Part shown: positions 58,421 through 64,000 of the stretch, piece after piece
How positions within the stretch are numbered: position 1 is the stretch's first letter
How the letters are laid out: the number at the start of each line of letters is the position of its first letter
Assembly (NCBI GenBank): GCA_964016885.1
Contig: OZ024741.1
Location: forward strand, 59,148,001 to 59,212,000
DNA from: Eledone cirrhosa
Taxonomy: Eukaryota
Direction: 5' to 3'
DNA: 64,000 nt
Notes under the pieces: model-generated
What the model was told of the DNA's origin: nothing
Databases searched by the model: none
The model's input: the letters and a program-made list of their open reading frames with translations, nothing else
Position numbers and translations under genes: made by a program

Positions 58421-61400
58421 ACACACATATATATATATATGTGTGTATAATCAGCTCCTGATTATTACTCAAATTCTATAATTCTCGGCAAAGGCGGCAG
58501 AGTGTGTGGTCTTGATAAACGGTCACAAGCGAGAAACAGACTGTCTGTCGGCCACTCTCTGTTACTTTTGCCGAAATTAAGTAAGAGACATAGTCACTAC
58601 TTTAAAACTCATAGCAAATGGTCTTCTAAATGTTATTAATTAAACATACAGTATATTGCCAAATATACTATACATACATTCATGTATACATCGCTATTTC
58701 AGAGCACCAATACTAATATATATATATAAAACATATATTTTGACACATCATGCAACATTATATTTACTAGCACATGAGCCACATAAGTTTTATGAATGGA
58801 ATATCTTGTAATATTCAATCTCATGATATGTTTCTTTACATATGTTATCCAGTGCATCCTTTCTTTAGGAAAAGAAGTTGTGAATTGAAGTAGTTTGTCT
58901 ACTATTTTTAGCAGATCGGGCTAAAGCTTGCAACAGAGTTAACTCTGGTAAAGATACCAAAAGGCCACTTGGTATTGTATAATTTAGTGATGAGCTAAGT
59001 TTACAAAAAAAACAGGAACATTTCTTCCAACAGGCTTCCACACAGCCTCAGTTTAACCAACTTTAATCACAAGGTTTTAGTGAACTTAAGGTGTTGGTAC
59101 AACTGGTAGAACATACATATTCTGAGCCTGAACCTGAAAAAAAAAAGCTGCAAGGTAACTTTCTTAACTTACACAGTAATGTATGTTCACCTAAAACACT
59201 GCAGTAACCCTATGAATTGTTCAGATTCACATGTGATATGCTTTTATGAAATTTTACAATATTTTTTTAATATTTAACTTTTAACATCCTATAAGAATTT
59301 TGCAAAAAAGTCTAAAAACAGATTTGTTAATTGAATACTAGCAGAGAAATCAATGTGGAAATTTACTGTATTAAAGTAAAGACATTAGTTTTTAATGTGA
59401 TGCTGTTAATTATGCTAAAAATAGTATTTTGTGTATACAGTTGTTAATTTACTCTTGACACCCTATATTGATTTAAATGAAAAAACTTTTTAAAAGGTTT
59501 GTTAATTCAAATGTTTGCAGTATCTTTACTAGCAGACATATTATTGTGAAAATTTGCAGTATAAGCTGAGAACTTTATCATGTAGAGTGATGTAGTCAAT
59601 GATATTAAAAAGAATGTTCCATATACATGGCTACTAATTTATTAGATAATAGAGTTATCCATTTTACATTAGAGAGTTCATTGCTGTTTTGTACTTTTTA
59701 GAATGTTATGTCACTGCGTTTTCATGTGGTACAGGACAATTTCTATAACAAACTAGAAGGCAAGCGTTTCCTCAACAATATGTCCTCTAAATATTTACCT
59801 TTACAATAGTGTTGTATATTATAAGATATTGTTATTCTCATGTTCTTTGTAGATACTTAAATTGACAAGTTTACCATTGAAGAAGTTGGCGAAAAATATC
59901 TTGAAAATCCAATTATGGCTTGTAATATCTCTGGAGATACGTCAAGTGGAATAGTGTCACTTTTTGTTCTTTTATCGAAGAACTTATTGAGTGAAAAGCA
60001 AAATAGTATGAAATTGCAGACACTTGCAAAAGCTAGCAACAATTTCGTCCAGAAAAACCTCTGATGTAATCTAGTACAGCTTTCCGATTGGATGGCTTTT
60101 GCTTTGAAATATTATTTTTAGCAGCAAAATACGTTATATCCAATGATATCTGAACACCACCAACGTTCAACTGATGGTAAATTATATTTAAAATCCGTTA
60201 TATATCCAATGATATGATATGAACACCACCGACATATAACTCACGGCAAATTATATTTAATAATTGAAACTCTGAATAGTTTATTTATGACTAGAACTCC
60301 AATGAAAACTATTTCATTGGTAAAAAATAACAAAACTACAGCCATCACTTAACAATCGAGTATGACTTGGTAGTGTGTACCATGCTTTCACTAAGTGTTT
60401 TAGGTATCTACGTAGTCATGAGCAGATACAGACATCCTCTTGAACCTCCCTTGTCCAGCAGAACATCCAGGATGTTACAACTAGAAGGAGAAGAGGCAGC
60501 ACCAGCACTGGGCTGATACTTTCTTTATTAACTCTGAAAGAACAAAAAGCAAAGTGGATCTCAGTGTGGTTTGAACTCAGAATGCAGAGGCCCATTAGTA
60601 GTTACTTGAATAGAGTTGTGAATAATCACGCTAGCAAGAGTTGGGCGAGTCATCACAGACCAAGTTAGTACTTAATCAGATGGTATGAGAATTTATCTTG
60701 CTTACATAGGTTCCCACATTGTAAAGAATGAAGTTGTACATTTTATAATGGCAACAGCACTAATAAAATTGTCATGTCCTTGACTCAACTGAAGCGTCCT
60801 GTTTACTTTTTGTTTGGAAAGTTTTCTACAACTGAATGCCCTTTCTATTGCCAACCACTTTACAGAGTATACTGGGTGTGTTTATCATGTCACCAACACT
60901 TGAGTGGTTATCATGCCTTTGACACAAACAATGATGACATTCAACCAGACAATTTATCTCCTATCTGGGATTGACTCCATGTGTATAAACTACCTTGATA
61001 CAGGTATAGAACTAATTTACTTACCTTTGTGTTCTTGAGCAAGATACTTTATTTCATGCTGCATTTCATGATAGGACTGGTGCCTTTATCTTTAAAACAC
61101 CAAAGAAACCTCCCATGAGATACAACCTCATAGGAGGCCAGCTAAACATACATAGGTGTGAGCTGTAAACTATATTTTTGTTGTGCAATATTTCTGTAAG
61201 TTGATCAAAATACTTCAATATATTTATTTTAATTCAAACTAACTGAACATGACATACATGTCAATTTGTATGGATAATTGTAAGTCATTCAAGATCGATA
61301 TCAAATATATTAATGAAGCTAATAATAATCAATATGAAACCTGATTGATAATACATGAGTAGGATGAACAAGACATATTACATACAAGTTAACTAAAAGC

Positions 61401-63188
61401 ATTGAGATTTCTAAAATATTTGATGAACATATTTACATAAAGAACACAAAAGAACTATGGAAAGGAATAAATGTTTATGATATAAATCCCAAACCAGCTT
61501 TAAAGGTTATTGAAATTGGTGAGATATTACACACTATGTAGTAATAGGGAATTTTGGTTGAGTAATTTTCCATTTGGAAGGTACCGAATGCTGCATAAAT
61601 TTCTCAGTTATATTAGAAACAGGTTATGTGTGTTTATAGTGACCCTGCTAACGAAATATGAAAGAGCATTACAACAGAATTTTGTCTATATTCTCTCTTC
61701 AGTCTAATACCATAATCTCTCCAGTTGCCAATTAATATGCTCGCTTTTGATCCACAATAAAATGTTGAGTTCAAAGCCAATTGGAAAATCACATTTCTAG
61801 AGCCATTACGTGAATATGATTGCAAAATATTTTTATGATATTGATCAAGTTCTTAATCATGCGTTTCAGAATACAAGGTGCAACAGCTGACATGATACAT
61901 AGATGGCTGGGTTCAAATACCAACTAGTTCATTTCATTCTGTACACACAAAGAAAAATCAACAACAAAACAAACACATTTTAACCCTTTTCATACCATCA
62001 AGAACCACTTCTGGTTCATGAAACAAAACCACCCATTTTAATGAGTTCTTATTAAATCACAATCAACCAACATAATTTTATATAAAAACCATATGTTAAA
62101 TTGTTATTGTGCTATAATGAAATAATTAATAATTTAAGTAAATCATTCACAACTCTTCATTACTCTAATGAAATACACTTATAGTAATGAGAGGGTTTAA
62201 TAAATTCTATGATTATGTATTTGTTCTTTGTTTTTCTTCTTATTCCTTTACTGGTTTCAATCATTAGACTCAGGCCATGCTGCAGCACTGACTTGAAACA
62301 ATTTAGTTGATCATATCAGCCTCAGTACCTTTTGTCATACACAGACATAAACACACACACACACATACACACACACACACACGATGGGCTTCTACAGTTT
62401 CTGTTAACCAAATTCAACTTACAAATTCCACAATTAGATGCCCCTCCTATCACCAACCCCTTTACAGAATATACTGGATGCATTTATTGCATAGATCACT
62501 AACACTTGGCACAACTGAAGATCCCTCCCAACCTCTAGGATAATTATCACAAGAGAAACTACATCAATATGTGGAGCCTATACAAATAGTATATATCTTT
62601 CACTATCACAACAAATATGAATGTTCAAATTCTATTCATAGGCTCTTAGTAAACTGTATTGGTATCAACTCCCAGCTGTTAAAAATAGTGCTGCCTCCAT
62701 ATTTTTAAGTATGTATCATACAAACCATAAAACACCTGTATTTTTTCAATCGAAACACCAACTGTATGATTTCGCTCCACTGTAACATCGTTCCACTTCA
62801 GTTGAGCTCTTATATGGTATTGATATAGCCATTATTCTTTATGAAAACACATGAAAAATAATGGAAGCTTCTCTGCACAAAGTTTTTCTTTGAGCACATG
62901 GCTGAAATTTATCCGTTTGATGAAACATCACGGCAATATATAGCATGCAATTTGCAGTTTTTATGCATGACTGCAAAGAGCAGTCAGCGAGATTAAAAAA
63001 ATGTCCTATTGAACGTAAATTGGAATAGGTGTCATCGTTATCGAGAGATACATATTCTTTTCTCCAGAGGGAGGAACATCAATTGATAGAGAGGTAAAAA
63101 TATACAAAAGCAGCTACAATATCAGATATGTCGTTCCAGCCATTGTTTTTATCTATTTCATGACAAACCAAGACAAAATATAAAAATA

Positions 63189-63273
<85 letters not shown>

Positions 63274-63689
63274 TATACATATATATATATGTGTGTGTGT
63301 GTGTGTTATACATATATATATATATGTGTGTGTGTGTTATACATATATATATATGTGTGTGTGTGTGTTATTCATGTCTACATATGCATAAGGCCCCTTG
63401 GTCAGAAATGACCAGAGTATTTGCACCTAGAAAGTTTCCTGTCTGAGGCACAAGTCAAAGCAAGGCAAGATGCACACACACAAGCATACATTCGCATACA
63501 CACACATACATGTGTATGTGTATATGCACCCAAGCTCACATATGCACATACACACACACATGCATGTATCTTGTTAGTCGATGCAAGAGAGGTAAAATAT
63601 TCTGATTCATTTTTATTGGGAATATTTCATTATTTTAATTCCAAAAAACGTTAGGTTGGTTGCCGGTGGTCTTGAATCATGTCATCTGT

Positions 63690-64000
63690 AGTGACTGGTG
63701 GGTGTCTGGATATTTGGTGACCAAACCTGGAGAATGTATTTTGCTGTATGCGGGCATGGCTTGCATATCTCATTCCTCAAGTTGAGGCATGGACCCAGTG
63801 AAATTTTCCATATAAGCCATCTCTCAGTGTTGCTGAGGCCACACCTATTAGAATCATTAACGTAGGGTTTTCTGCTATCTTTCAGTTGATATTGTAATCA
63901 GTAGAGCCCTCTTTCAGCTTCCAAACATGGCTAGAGAGGGTCATGTACTTTTTCTCCAGTTTCTAGAATATTGCCACAAGGTTGTTGTAGCGTTCTTTAA
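63690..64000 (-). pseudogene. Decayed PLE GIY-YIG C-terminus running off the window
   Basis: Manual translation: KERYNN...LSSHVWKLK...NRCGL..TE...LNLRNEI..PCPH. Confidence 0.7.

Noticed and set aside
60134-60262. Two about 65-bp direct repeats containing CTGA motifs
   Set aside because: A local duplication with no HHR stems

Overview
AT-rich eukaryotic repeat region. It is most likely from an octopus or other cephalopod, inferred from the SINE/RTE types and the kb-long (TA)n arrays. No host exon or prokaryotic gene is recognisable, and the long 'YIYI' ORFs are microsatellite artefacts. The (TA)n arrays act as landing sites for nested retroelements: (i) Penelope-like elements (PLEs; RT plus C-terminal GIY-YIG), two of them as large inverted duplications; (ii) about ten non-coding elements, mostly from unrelated families, each carrying a hammerhead ribozyme (HHR) motif read by eye; (iii) RTE LINEs with a PHD finger inside the RT region, a CR1/L2-group LINE fragment and tRNA-derived SINEs. 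The main observation is a shared architecture. Coding PLEs and non-coding HHR elements both occur as asymmetric fold-backs with both 3' ends facing outward, one end stopping at an internal TA-like site and the other running about 50-150 bp further. Arm breakpoints cluster at the HHR cleavage site or in stem II. Two families carry U3-A8 compensatory HHR cores. All structures were read manually, so coordinates may be off by a few bases and ribozyme activity is untested.
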